NCBI GenBank assembly: GCA_038824035.1
Contig: JAWBBW010000001.1
Span: 101,508 to 165,507 of the forward strand
DNA: 64,000 bases
Direction of reading: 5' to 3'
Source of the DNA: Desulfurococcaceae archaeon
GTDB lineage: Archaea > Thermoproteota > Thermoprotei_A > Sulfolobales > Desulfurococcaceae
Shown here piece by piece: positions 29,967-40,097 of this stretch (position 1 is the stretch's first letter; every line of letters begins with the position of its first letter). A program made the position numbers and the translations under genes. Under the pieces are notes generated by a model. The model had not been told where the DNA came from. It was given only the letters and a program-made list of their open reading frames with translations, and did not search any database.

Positions 29967-32900
29967 CTATCCATAGAACTCTATTATATTATCTAGATCT
30001 TTCCAATACTCCTTCATATCTTTGATCATCACTTTCTCCACGTCGACGTGTTTCACGGCATTCGCCAATTCGTGTGCTAACTTATCGTTCAGTATCAGGG
30101 GTATATCCAGATCGGCTGCCGATCTCCTCACATCGTAATCCCTCCATGGGGAATACCCAGTGGTGATAACTAATCCTATATTTCTTCTAATGACTTCGTT
30201 TATTGCCTGTGTTTTGCTAATGACCTCGCAATGTCTAACCACCATTCCCTCGATCGTGTAGGTTCTATAACCCATGTGCTCAAAGATCTCCGCGACCTTG
30301 TCCAGTAAACCATTGTCTCGATTAACCGGATTGTATACCAATATGCCCTGGGATTTCTTTGGCAATCTATTTCCATGCACACTGAGCCAGCTCATGAGTA
30401 AGGCTTCTTCGTAGTTATCAGATATAAATGCCACTTCTCCAACACTCCTCATTTCCGGCCCCAGGAAAGGATATGCTCCACGCAACCTACTCCACGAGAA
30501 TTGAGGGGATTTCACACCATACCATTTCGGTTTAAGTAGATTTAACCCATTTCTATTAATGATACCATCGATCTCGCCTTTTAACACAACCTTGGCAGAT
30601 GCTTTCATCAAGTTGAACCCGGTGACTTTGCTCGTGAAAGGCATCGATCTACTGGCCCTGAGATTCAACTCTATTACATAGATTTCCCCGTTACTATAGA
30701 GCACTTGCAAGTTAAAAGGCCCTTTTATGAACAATTCCCTACTTATTTCACGCACTATGTTGGCTGCTTTCTTGACAACACCGCGCTCTAGGTATCTCGG
30801 CGGCAAGATCATCGTTGAATCCCCGCTATGTATACCAGCCGGTTCTACGTGCTCTATGAACGCGCCCACTATTGTCTCGCCAAGACCAACCCCGTCAAAC
30901 TCGAACTCAATTGAGTTTTCAATGAACTTCGATATCACAACCGGGTATTTGGGCGAAACCTTCGTTGCCTTAGATAAGTGTTCCAGGAGTTCTCGTGTAT
31001 CCCTTGCAACAGTCATCGAGGAACCGCTCAGGACATAACTGGGTCTAACAAGCACGGGGAAACCCTTTTCCTCGACAAATCTCAATACCTCCTTGATATC
31101 AGTCGCGGCGATCCAGTCTGGTTGCTTAATGTTGAGTTTATCCAAAAGATCGCTGAACAAGGCCCTGTTCTCAGCTACGTGGATACTTCTACCTGGTGTT
31201 CCAAGCAATGGAATACCTTTTTTCTCCAATTCCCATGCTATGTTGTTTGATATTTGTCCCCCTAGAAACGCCACCACTCCGAGAGGTTTCTCTGCCTCGT
31301 ATATATCTAAAACCCGCTCTATGCTCACCTCGTCAAAATAGAGCTTATCATTCATATCCCAGTCAGTAGACACGGTCTCAGGATTATAGTTTACGACTAT
31401 TACTTCAAACCCAAGTGCCCTGGCCTCATCTGCGAATGTAACTATGCTCCAATCAAATTCGACACTAACCCCTATCCTGAACCCGCCAGCTCCTAGGACC
31501 ATTATTTTAGGCCTAATGCTAGTGGTCGATATATCGTTTTCCCACCCATTATAGGTCAAATACAGGTAATTGGTATGCGCCGGCCACTCTGCCGCCAAGG
31601 TGTCTATTTGCTTAATCACCGGCCTAATACCATGCTTGATTCTCAACGCCCTGATATCATCCGGGGTCACTTCAAGTGCCCTAGCCAATTGCTCATCACT
31701 AAACCCCATGGACTTAGCCCTCGAGATCAGTAATGGTATTTCCGGGTCATTGATCCCCCTTTTCCTTAACTCTTCGTAGAAATCGACTATCTCCTTGATT
31801 TGTAGTAGGAAATGCTTATCAATGCCTGTCAAGTTGTAAACGGCCTCGACACCGACACCGTGTTTAAATGCCTTTGCAACCCATATTGGCCAATAAGGTT
31901 CTCTCCTCTTGAGTTTATCAAGTACCGATTCTATCGGGATCGAGTCATCGTTATATATCCCACCACCAACGACACCTGGTTCGCCGATGTCAAGCATACG
32001 TATTGCTTTTTGCAATGCTTCTTGAAAAGTCCTCCCAATGGCCATCACCTCGCCTACGCTTTTCATCTCTGTTCCAATCGATCTCTCCACTTTCTCGAAC
32101 TTATCGAGATCCCATCTAGGTATCTTCACGACAACATAGTCTAGACTCGGCTCGAAACAGGCAGATGTCACGCCAGTTACCTTGTTCACCACTTCATAAA
32201 GCCTATATCCAAGTGCGAGCTTAGCCGCTATGTATGCGAGTGGATAGCCAGTGGCCTTGCTGGCCAAGGCACTGCTCCTAGACATCCTCGGATTGGTCTC
32301 AATTACATATATCTCATCGCTATTGAATGAGTTGAGGGCTAACTGGACATTGCCCTCCCCTATCAGCATTATCGCTCTCTCGGTTGCTATGGAGAGATTC
32401 CTCGACAATTGATACTCGTAATCCGTGAGAGTTTGACACGGTGCTATCACCACTGATTCGCCCGTGTGCACGCCCATGGGGTCCAGATTCTCCATGCATG
32501 CAACCGCTATTGTGTTATCATACATATCCCTGACTACCTCGAACTCTATCTCTTTCCAATGATATAGGTACTTCTCCACCAACACCTCCCCTATCTCAGA
32601 CTGGGCGAAAGCGGCTGGGGCTTTTCTAGCCAACTCCTCTTTACTCCACGCCACAAAGCTGCCAGCACCACCTAGGTTGAAACTGACTCTCACCATGACT
32701 GGGTAGCCAATGATTTCCGCAACACTTAGTGCCTCCTCAACGCTGTGGACGGCCATGCTCGGCGGTATGGGTAGGTTGTATTCTTTTGCCGTTTTCCTGA
32801 AAAGCTCCCTTGACAAAGCCTTCTTAATGCCATTTATCGGGGTTCCCAAAACCTTTATCCCATATTTGTCAAACACTCCATCATCATGCAACCTGACTCC

Positions 32901-33185
32901 CAGGCTCAGTGCTGTTTGACCACCGAAACCCAGCATTACTCCATCTGGCCTCTCCTTCTCTATGATCTTCGCGATGAAAACCGGCTTGAGTGGTGTTAAA
33001 TAGACTTTATCAGCGAACTTGTAGCTTGTCTGTATAGTCGCTATATTTGGATTAACCAGTATCGTCTCAATACCTTCTTCTTTAAGCGCCTTGAGAGCTT
33101 GATTGCCGCTGTAATCGAATTCAGCCGCTTCCGCTATCTTTATGGCTCCTGAGCCTATTACAAGGACTTTCCTAGGCATTTCCAT
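29967..33185 (-). CDS. carB: Carbamoyl-phosphate synthase large subunit
   Basis: AEFDYSG, GVHTGES, NPRMSRSSALASKATGYP, NPETVSTD, HSGD; two ATP-grasp domains. Confidence 0.98.
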   Translation of the reverse strand: MEMPRKVLVIGSGAIKIAEAAEFDYSGNQALKALKEEGIETILVNPNIATIQTSYKFADKVYLTPLKPVFIAKIIEKERPDGVMLGFGGQTALSLGVRLHDDGVFDKYGIKVLGTPINGIKKALSRELFRKTAKEYNLPIPPSMAVHSVEEALSVAEIIGYPVMVRVSFNLGGAGSFVAWSKEELARKAPAAFAQSEIGEVLVEKYLYHWKEIEFEVVRDMYDNTIAVACMENLDPMGVHTGESVVIAPCQTLTDYEYQLSRNLSIATERAIMLIGEGNVQLALNSFNSDEIYVIETNPRMSRSSALASKATGYPLAYIAAKLALGYRLYEVVNKVTGVTSACFEPSLDYVVVKIPRWDLDKFEKVERSIGTEMKSVGEVMAIGRTFQEALQKAIRMLDIGEPGVVGGGIYNDDSIPIESVLDKLKRREPYWPIWVAKAFKHGVGVEAVYNLTGIDKHFLLQIKEIVDFYEELRKRGINDPEIPLLISRAKSMGFSDEQLARALEVTPDDIRALRIKHGIRPVIKQIDTLAAEWPAHTNYLYLTYNGWENDISTTSIRPKIMVLGAGGFRIGVSVEFDWSIVTFADEARALGFEVIVVNYNPETVSTDWDMNDKLYFDEVSIERVLDIYEAEKPLGVVAFLGGQISNNIAWELEKKGIPLLGTPGRSIHVAENRALFSDLLDKLNIKQPDWIAATDIKEVLRFVEEKGFPVLVRPSYVLSGSSMTVARDTRELLEHLSKATKVSPKYPVVISKFIENSIEFEFDGVGLGETIVGAFIEHVEPAGIHSGDSTMILPPRYLERGVVKKAANIVREISRELFIKGPFNLQVLYSNGEIYVIELNLRASRSMPFTSKVTGFNLMKASAKVVLKGEIDGIINRNGLNLLKPKWYGVKSPQFSWSRLRGAYPFLGPEMRSVGEVAFISDNYEEALLMSWLSVHGNRLPKKSQGILVYNPVNRDNGLLDKVAEIFEHMGYRTYTIEGMVVRHCEVISKTQAINEVIRRNIGLVITTGYSPWRDYDVRRSAADLDIPLILNDKLAHELANAVKHVDVEKVMIKDMKEYWKDLDNIIEFYG

Positions 33186-34344
33186 GATTAATCACCATTT
33201 TCTCGAACATGTTGAAAACAAACACGGTATCCCATGGCCCTGGCCCCCCTTCTGGGTGAAATTGGACACCTATGATAGGTAATTCCCTGTGTAAATAGCC
33301 CTCAACGGAGCCATCGTCAATGTTTTTAAACCAGAGCACCAGCCCTGTATCAACCAGGCTTCTCTCATCTACAGCGAACCCGTGGTTCTGAGTGGTTATA
33401 TAGCTCTTCTTATTCACGACATCTAAGACCCCTTTGTTAGGACCCCTATGTCCGTATTTCAACTTGTAGACATCGCCTCCTAGTGCCAGGGCTATTAACT
33501 GCATACCCAGACATATCCCGAGAACAGGTTTCCCGGAATGCACTATCTCCTTGACTATTTCTATTTGTTTCCCAAGGACCTTTGGATTGCCAGGGCCATT
33601 GCTGATCAACACCCCATCTCCTGCTTCGATCAAATCATGTGGATGTGAAGAACATGGAAACCTGATCACCTCGAACCCGCTTCGCAATAACCACCTGAGG
33701 ATCCCATATTTCATGCCACAATCAAGTATAGCTATAGTTGCCTTAGGCTTTGACATGGGCTTATGAGTTATCACGGATGATGGGGATACCCTGGAGGTGA
33801 AATCCATTAAATCGTATTTCTCGGATGCCCTGAGTTTACAGCTTAGTTCATCCCATTCAATGGGCTCTTTCTCTGGGAAAACGGCAAGTACGCCCCTCAT
33901 CACTCCTTGCTCACGTAGTTTCTTTACCAATGCCCTGGTATCAACCCCGTATATACCTGGCACACCTGACTTCTTTAACCACTCATCGAGTGAAGACACG
34001 CTGAGATAGTGGTTATGTGGTGGTAATGCGGTGATCACGAACCCCTCGACCTGGACCCTGTCTGATTCATAATTCAACGGGATATTGAAAATGGAGTGCT
34101 CCCTGGATGGGACACCATAACAACCGACCATTGGATGTGTCCATACAAGTATTTGCCCAGCATAACTGGGGTCTGTCAATGCCTCTGTGTACCCTGTCAT
34201 GCTGGTTGAGAACACGACTTCTCCGATCCTTATCCCTGTTGATCCAAATCCGCATCCTTCAATAGATGTCCCATCCTCTAGGAGAAGCCTTGCTCTCAGA
34301 TTAGTCTTACAACAAGCTGTTTTTACCAATGAGTCTGGAGACAA
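33172..34344 (-). CDS. carA: Carbamoyl-phosphate synthase small subunit
   Basis: TDPSYAGQI, SNGPGNP, GICLGMQ, QNHG, QFHPE. Confidence 0.98.
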   Translation of the reverse strand: MSPDSLVKTACCKTNLRARLLLEDGTSIEGCGFGSTGIRIGEVVFSTSMTGYTEALTDPSYAGQILVWTHPMVGCYGVPSREHSIFNIPLNYESDRVQVEGFVITALPPHNHYLSVSSLDEWLKKSGVPGIYGVDTRALVKKLREQGVMRGVLAVFPEKEPIEWDELSCKLRASEKYDLMDFTSRVSPSSVITHKPMSKPKATIAILDCGMKYGILRWLLRSGFEVIRFPCSSHPHDLIEAGDGVLISNGPGNPKVLGKQIEIVKEIVHSGKPVLGICLGMQLIALALGGDVYKLKYGHRGPNKGVLDVVNKKSYITTQNHGFAVDERSLVDTGLVLWFKNIDDGSVEGYLHRELPIIGVQFHPEGGPGPWDTVFVFNMFEKMVINHGNA

Positions 34345-34362
34345 GAACCCAGATCCCTCTTT

Positions 34363-35781
34363 TCATGTGGAAGGATTTATAAGCATTTCGATACATTGAT
34401 GCAGGGCATGGGTCAATTTCTCGATGTCTGCCATATCCTTCTTTAATCTCCTTTTAGAGAACTCTATTAAGTTGTCTAGGCCTCTCTCTATGGGTTTAGT
34501 TCTAATGATCTTCCATACATCGTCGATGCCTATCCCATGTGAACGTAGAAAGGACTTCAACAAAGAGTCATCGTTGTTTTCCCACAATCTCCTCAGCGCC
34601 ATTGCCAGCTCTGCATACAGGTCTCTAATCGGGATATCTGTCTCAATGGCTATGTACTCTATTAGATCACTGCTCCAACAAGGTTTGTCTTTCAGGTACT
34701 CGTATATATATTCCCCGTCTAATTCAAGGTTTTCAATGAAATCCATTATCATGGACAACGTGTCTTCGACATCGGTCATTAACTCGAATAACTCTCTATT
34801 GATTTCCTGAAAATCGAGGTTATATCCATAGGGCACGGACTTGTAGGTGGCCATGATGAACGAGAGAACCCCGATCGCCTTAGACGCCTTGGCCCTAGCT
34901 ATCTCGAGTGATACGAGATTTCTTTTATGTGGCATAATGCTACTTGTCGAGATATGATGGGATGGCACTTTAATGCCACGTGGGACAATGTTGTTCAATA
35001 ACATTATGTCCTCGGCGAACCTGCTGATCTCGGCCATGAGCATTGACAATGCCATGATTGAGTGAATTAGGAAAAGCCTTGAACCAGTTGCATAATATGG
35101 TGGCAAGGGCTCCTCGCTTAGACATAGTAGTTTGGAAAGATATTTCAGGTCCAGTGATAAGTAAGAACCAGTTGAAGCACCTGATCCCATGGTGTTCTGC
35201 CCCAGGTAGTCAAGGCTGCTGAGAATGGCTTTGAATATATCTGAAAACACCTGTTCATATGTCAGGAAATAGAGGGACGCACTGCCACATTGTGCCAGTT
35301 GTTCATGTGTGAAAAACGGAAATAACACATCCCCATACTTAATGGCCTTTTCCACGAGGATTTTTCTCAAATCTATCAAGGCCCTTAAGACTTGTATCAA
35401 GTGCTCTCTTATGGCCAATCTCAGCGCCAACGCTATGTGATCATTTCTACTTCTACCAATAGGTATTTTACCGGCATCCCTGCCGATCGCTTCGTGGAGA
35501 TATGCTTCAAGGGCTTCAAAGACATCTTCAAATTCGATTCCCTTGTGGCTAATCCATTTATATAGGTTTTCTCCATTATTTTCAAAAATATTGATCAGCT
35601 CTTTGATCACTTTATTGGCTGAATCCCCCGTTATAACCCCCTTTCTGGCGAGTTCCTTGACATGTGCCAGCATCACGGCTACGACGTGTTTCACGATGTA
35701 TCTGTCGAATTCCAGGCTAGATACATATCTATCCACGAGATCCTTCGTTGCGCTTCCGATGACCTCCTTATATCGTTTCAT
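34363..35781 (-). CDS. argH: Argininosuccinate lyase
   Basis: GRSRND, THEQLAQ, SSIMPHKRN, YNLDFQE. Confidence 0.92.
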   Translation of the reverse strand: MKRYKEVIGSATKDLVDRYVSSLEFDRYIVKHVVAVMLAHVKELARKGVITGDSANKVIKELINIFENNGENLYKWISHKGIEFEDVFEALEAYLHEAIGRDAGKIPIGRSRNDHIALALRLAIREHLIQVLRALIDLRKILVEKAIKYGDVLFPFFTHEQLAQCGSASLYFLTYEQVFSDIFKAILSSLDYLGQNTMGSGASTGSYLSLDLKYLSKLLCLSEEPLPPYYATGSRLFLIHSIMALSMLMAEISRFAEDIMLLNNIVPRGIKVPSHHISTSSIMPHKRNLVSLEIARAKASKAIGVLSFIMATYKSVPYGYNLDFQEINRELFELMTDVEDTLSMIMDFIENLELDGEYIYEYLKDKPCWSSDLIEYIAIETDIPIRDLYAELAMALRRLWENNDDSLLKSFLRSHGIGIDDVWKIIRTKPIERGLDNLIEFSKRRLKKDMADIEKLTHALHQCIEMLINPST

Positions 35782-36976
35782 GATCGAACGATCCTCTCAC
35801 TTTCAGAGCTGTTAATGCGTAAAAGCCGTGGATGTTTATGAACCCCCTTGCCTCGGCGTCTGATGGATACCAGCCAGTGTTGTAGTCTATCAGGTCTTTC
35901 AAATACATCGAATATTCGCTTTTCCTGCCGATCACTCTCAGGGATCCCTTATAGACCTTGACTCTGACCTCGCCGGAGACATATTTGTTCATGGAGTCTA
36001 TGACTTTCTCCAAGTGCGTTCTCAACGGGTCTATCCAAAGCCCCTGATACACTAGATCACTCCACATCTGGTCAATCAACCACTTAAACCGAAGTTCTCT
36101 GGGTGTTAAGACCATTCTCTCCAGGTCTTGATGCGCCTCGATAAGGGTTAGGGCAGCAGGGGCCTCATATACTTCCCTGCTCTTCAATCCCACGACCCTG
36201 CTCTCGATGAAATCTATTCTGCCATATCCATGCATGCCTATTACTTTATTCAAATACATCACTAACTCGACGCTATCCATGGCGTTGTCATTTAATCTCC
36301 GAGGTACTCCGTTGTCAAATTCTATTACAAGGTATAAAGGCTCATTTGGCGTTTTATCGAGTGGGAAAGTCCATTCAAAGACCTCTTCAGGGGGTTCTGA
36401 GTAAGCATCATCTAGTTCACCGCCCTCAATGCTCCTAGACCATAGGTTCTCGTCTATGCTATATTTTTTATGCGAAGCTGGAACTTCATAGCCATGTTCG
36501 CGCAGGATCTTGAGACTATCACTCCTAGTCAATCTGAGTTCCCTGACAGGTGCGATTACCTTGATATCGGGCTTCAAGTATGCTTTCAGTGTTAGGTCGA
36601 ATCTAACCTGGTCATTGCCTTTACCCGTACACCCATGTGCAACGGCATCAGCCCCCTCCTTGGCCGCGATCTCAGCCACTTTCTTAGCTATGAGGGGCCT
36701 GGCCAGGGCTGTTCCAAGGGGGTATTTGCCCTCATAAAGGGCATTAGCCTTGATCGCCTTAAACACGTATTCCTCGACAAATTCTTTCCTAGCATCTATG
36801 GTGTAATGTTTTAGAGCGCCCAGTTCATACGCTCTCTCCTCCACGCCTTTTAAATCCTCTCCTTGGCCCACATCTACTGTAGCGGTGATCACTTCTGCGT
36901 TGTACTTTTTCCTCAACAACACTAGTATGGTTGAGGTATCTAGGCCGCCTGAATAGGCTAGTACAACCCTCATCAA
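35768..36976 (-). CDS. argG: Argininosuccinate synthase
   Basis: AYSGGLDTS, HGCTGKGNDQVRF, SIDENLW, KSREVYEAPA. Confidence 0.98.
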   Translation of the reverse strand: MMRVVLAYSGGLDTSTILVLLRKKYNAEVITATVDVGQGEDLKGVEERAYELGALKHYTIDARKEFVEEYVFKAIKANALYEGKYPLGTALARPLIAKKVAEIAAKEGADAVAHGCTGKGNDQVRFDLTLKAYLKPDIKVIAPVRELRLTRSDSLKILREHGYEVPASHKKYSIDENLWSRSIEGGELDDAYSEPPEEVFEWTFPLDKTPNEPLYLVIEFDNGVPRRLNDNAMDSVELVMYLNKVIGMHGYGRIDFIESRVVGLKSREVYEAPAALTLIEAHQDLERMVLTPRELRFKWLIDQMWSDLVYQGLWIDPLRTHLEKVIDSMNKYVSGEVRVKVYKGSLRVIGRKSEYSMYLKDLIDYNTGWYPSDAEARGFINIHGFYALTALKVRGSFDHETI

Positions 36977-37150
36977 CGATCACCATTGTTTATTACTAAT
37001 TTGGAGATCATATGAGTAACGAGTTTTTCAACGTGGTGATTCATATACAACTGATCTAAAGTGATGGAGTTCTGGGTATAACAGATCGAATATCAGGGCC
37101 AAGAAACGCGATCAGCGTTGCAGGTAAAGGGAGTAGATGGAAGGGAAAAA

Positions 37151-38392
37151 CTATTTTCTCCATTTCTCCTCGTCGAAATCCCTTGTAACATACTTAGAGA
37201 CTATCAAGGCACCCAACGGGTCCCCGAGGACATTGAGCATTGTTTCAAATGGGTCAACAGCGGGGTGAACGCCAATCATCCATCCAGCAGCTTCAACGGG
37301 TATTCCAAGAGCTGATGCAGTTGCAATGGCAACTATTGCAGCACCACCGGGGACGCCGGCTGCAGCCGTGGCCCCTAGAAAACCTAGCACCACAAGCGCA
37401 AGTATTTCCCCAAATGTGATTGAAATACCCAGTGCTTGGAACGCGAATAGTGTGAACAATGTTATAGTCGTGCAAGCCCCCTGCATGTTAATGGTCGCCG
37501 CAACTGGTAATATAATTGTTGCCACATCTCTAGATATCCCAGAGTTCAACGCACAGTTTATTGTAACGGGGAGTGTGGCATTGCTACTGGCAGTGGAGAA
37601 AGCAGTGATCATGGCGGGGTAGAACTTTTTCCAATACCTAATCGGGTTAATCCTGGCGATCAAAACCATAACAAGTGGCTGGAGAATCAAGAACACTATG
37701 AAACCACTTACATAGAACGCCAATACCAGCTTAGCGAATGCGCCCACCGCTATCACACCCACTATTGCCGCGACATTGGCCATTAACACGAATACACCTA
37801 TTGGACCATACCACAGTATGAAGTCCAGCAACTTATATACAACAGCTAACAAAGCCTCAAAGAGATGTGTCAGGAAATCCCTGACCTGTGGCGTTGTTCT
37901 CCCAATTAACCCAACAGCTACTCCGATCAATATGGCAGTAAATATTATCTGCAACATCCTGAGATTTAGGAACATGTCTATGAAATTAGACGGTATAATG
38001 TTCTTGACATAATCGGATATGGATAAATGAGCCGGTGTCACAGCTTGTCCACCCGGCAATTGAACGCCTTCACCTGGCTTTATATAAACCCCCACTGAAT
38101 ACGCTGTCCCAGCGGCAATCAAACCCATGACCAGCCAATATGGTAAGAACCCTATGAATATTTTCCCTAATTTAACTAAATCACTCATATTCATAACCGC
38201 CCACGCTATGCATAGAAAGACAAGCGGCCCTACTATGAACTTTAGCAAAGACACGTAGATATCGCCTAAGATAGATATGTTCTTAACTGGTTCACCTATT
38301 ATAATCCCCGCTACAAGCCCTAGCACAGCTGCTATTAATAATAGCAATGGCCTTTTACCTAGTCTTATCTGAAACACGATCTCGCTTGACAT
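37151..38392 (-). CDS. Dicarboxylate/amino acid:cation symporter (DAACS, GltPh/SstT family)
   Basis: HP1 STASSNATLPV, TM7 ATINMQGA, HP2 AGVPGG, TM8 DPFETMLNVLGD. Confidence 0.92.
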   Translation of the reverse strand: MSSEIVFQIRLGKRPLLLLIAAVLGLVAGIIIGEPVKNISILGDIYVSLLKFIVGPLVFLCIAWAVMNMSDLVKLGKIFIGFLPYWLVMGLIAAGTAYSVGVYIKPGEGVQLPGGQAVTPAHLSISDYVKNIIPSNFIDMFLNLRMLQIIFTAILIGVAVGLIGRTTPQVRDFLTHLFEALLAVVYKLLDFILWYGPIGVFVLMANVAAIVGVIAVGAFAKLVLAFYVSGFIVFLILQPLVMVLIARINPIRYWKKFYPAMITAFSTASSNATLPVTINCALNSGISRDVATIILPVAATINMQGACTTITLFTLFAFQALGISITFGEILALVVLGFLGATAAAGVPGGAAIVAIATASALGIPVEAAGWMIGVHPAVDPFETMLNVLGDPLGALIVSKYVTRDFDEEKWRK

Positions 38393-38423
38393 ATCAATCC
38401 CCTATATACTCATATAGTCACGT

Positions 38424-38438
38424 ATATTTAGTAAATAT
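38424..38438. promoter_or_regulatory. Palindrome ATATTTA-G-TAAATAT over the predicted transcription start of the symporter gene
   Basis: Lies just downstream of minus-strand BRE/TATA AAGGTTTTTAAA (about 38448-38459). Confidence 0.4.
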
Positions 38439-38636
38439 CCCTTGAGTTTAAAAACCTTGTAAATAAAAATACCATGTGTATGACAATACTACATAGTTAT
38501 GGTAACATATTAATAGAGAGATCTCTTGAAAATAATAGAAACTATTTTAATTGACAAAGAATCTTTAGGGACATATTAATGCATACATTTTCCCACCGTT
38601 CTAAACATAGAGATCTCCGGGCAAGAACGCTTGTGA

Positions 38637-38691
38637 TCAGCAAGGGCCCAGCAATGGTCATCACAGATTCAGACGAGACCTCCATCATCAC
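38637..38691 (-). ncRNA. Box C/D sRNA
   Basis: C GTGATGA, 12 nt, D' CTGA, ATCT, C' GTGATGA, 17 nt, D CTGA; all four boxes match consensus. Confidence 0.88.
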
Positions 38692-38817
38692 TATGGATTG
38701 TTAATAAGAGCGGGTTTAATAATCATTTGATGATCAATTGTAATACCTTTTTTTAACTGTTAAAGATTTTTTAACCCAGAAACAACTAATTATATAGCAA
38801 GCCGTGGCCTTGTTGGA

Positions 38818-39195
38818 GTGGGTTCTATTGTTTACTGCTCGGTGAGAACTGTGAGGCATGTGAGTAATTCTAAATGCACCGAGATCGTGGCTAACAAGGT
38901 TAGGCATGCCCTCATTTCTCTGGATAAAATGATGCCTGGTTTTCTAAATAGAATAGACTTATACTTCATCATTAGGTATGAGAAGCCTTTCATTACTCTA
39001 TTGGTGGAAAACCCCGCTCTGGCAATAGAGGAATTGCTGAATATATACGGAGGTGACAGGGACTCTGCGAAGTTCGTCATATACATGGTATTGAAAACCG
39101 TTTTCGCTGGAAATATCTACTTGGTTGATAAGGCGATGAGATTATTACTCGAAAATAGGTATAGCGAATTCATTGAATTGATCTGTAGTCGATGA
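38818..39195 (+). CDS. Hypothetical protein
   Basis: 125-aa ORF after a TATA-like TTTTTTAA; exact start uncertain. Confidence 0.6.
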   Translation: MGSIVYCSVRTVRHVSNSKCTEIVANKVRHALISLDKMMPGFLNRIDLYFIIRYEKPFITLLVENPALAIEELLNIYGGDRDSAKFVIYMVLKTVFAGNIYLVDKAMRLLLENRYSEFIELICSR

Positions 39196-39224
39196 AAACG
39201 CGTGGATCAACTTTACAACGCGAT

Positions 39225-40079
39225 TCAATATCTCCTAAGCCTAGGGTTATATTGTTCTTCGAGAACATAGCCTATTTGTGTGAAACCTAGGACTGTTAAC
39301 GTTATCATTAATCCTGGGGCAATTATCCACCACCATGCACCAGCTGTTATAGTCCCCGTTCTCCTAGCCCAGTATATCATCGTGCCCCATGATTTTTGAA
39401 CAGGATCCCCAAGACCCATGAAACATAGAGCGGCCTCCGCTATCATCGAGTAGCCTATTCTAAGCATTACGAGTGCGATGATACTTGGGATTACCTGAGG
39501 CAATACATGTTTAAACATCACTCTGTAATTACTGGCACCAAGGGCTTTTGCCACCTCTATATAGGGCAGTGTCTTTATTGATATGACATGTGCCCATATA
39601 TATCTCGCTATTCCAGGCCACGAGAACGCGGTTATCGTGATTATGATGTTGACATAGCTTTGCCCAAGAATAGAGGCCAAGAACACCATGAACGGCAATA
39701 TAGGTGTCAGTAAAAAAACATTGGTGATCGCCATTAGGGCCTCGCCAATAAAGCCCCCGTAATAACCCGCTATTAGCCCTATGATACCTCCTATGAGCAC
39801 TGTGGCGACAGTAGCTGTTACCCCAATTAACAGGGATATTCTTGCTCCATATATCAGTTCACTGAGTATGTCCTGGCCCATGTCATTAGTGCCCAACAAG
39901 TGAAGTAGCGATGGTGGTTCAAATGGTTTTGCAACTCTCTTGTATGGATCATAGGGTGCTAGGTGTTGAGGAATGATTGCCATGATAATGGGTATGGATA
40001 TCAATATTAATCCAATAAGCCCTGTCTTTCTCCTAGTGATCAACACGAAGAGCTCTTTTACCCATTTCCCCTGTTTCAT
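39225..40079 (-). CDS. Opp/Dpp ABC permease (C-type)
   Basis: LGTNDMGQDILSELIYGARISL, EVAKALGAS, KHVLP, SWG. Confidence 0.92.
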   Translation of the reverse strand: MKQGKWVKELFVLITRRKTGLIGLILISIPIIMAIIPQHLAPYDPYKRVAKPFEPPSLLHLLGTNDMGQDILSELIYGARISLLIGVTATVATVLIGGIIGLIAGYYGGFIGEALMAITNVFLLTPILPFMVFLASILGQSYVNIIITITAFSWPGIARYIWAHVISIKTLPYIEVAKALGASNYRVMFKHVLPQVIPSIIALVMLRIGYSMIAEAALCFMGLGDPVQKSWGTMIYWARRTGTITAGAWWWIIAPGLMITLTVLGFTQIGYVLEEQYNPRLRRY

Positions 40080-40097
40080 GGAGTCATACACCGCGTT

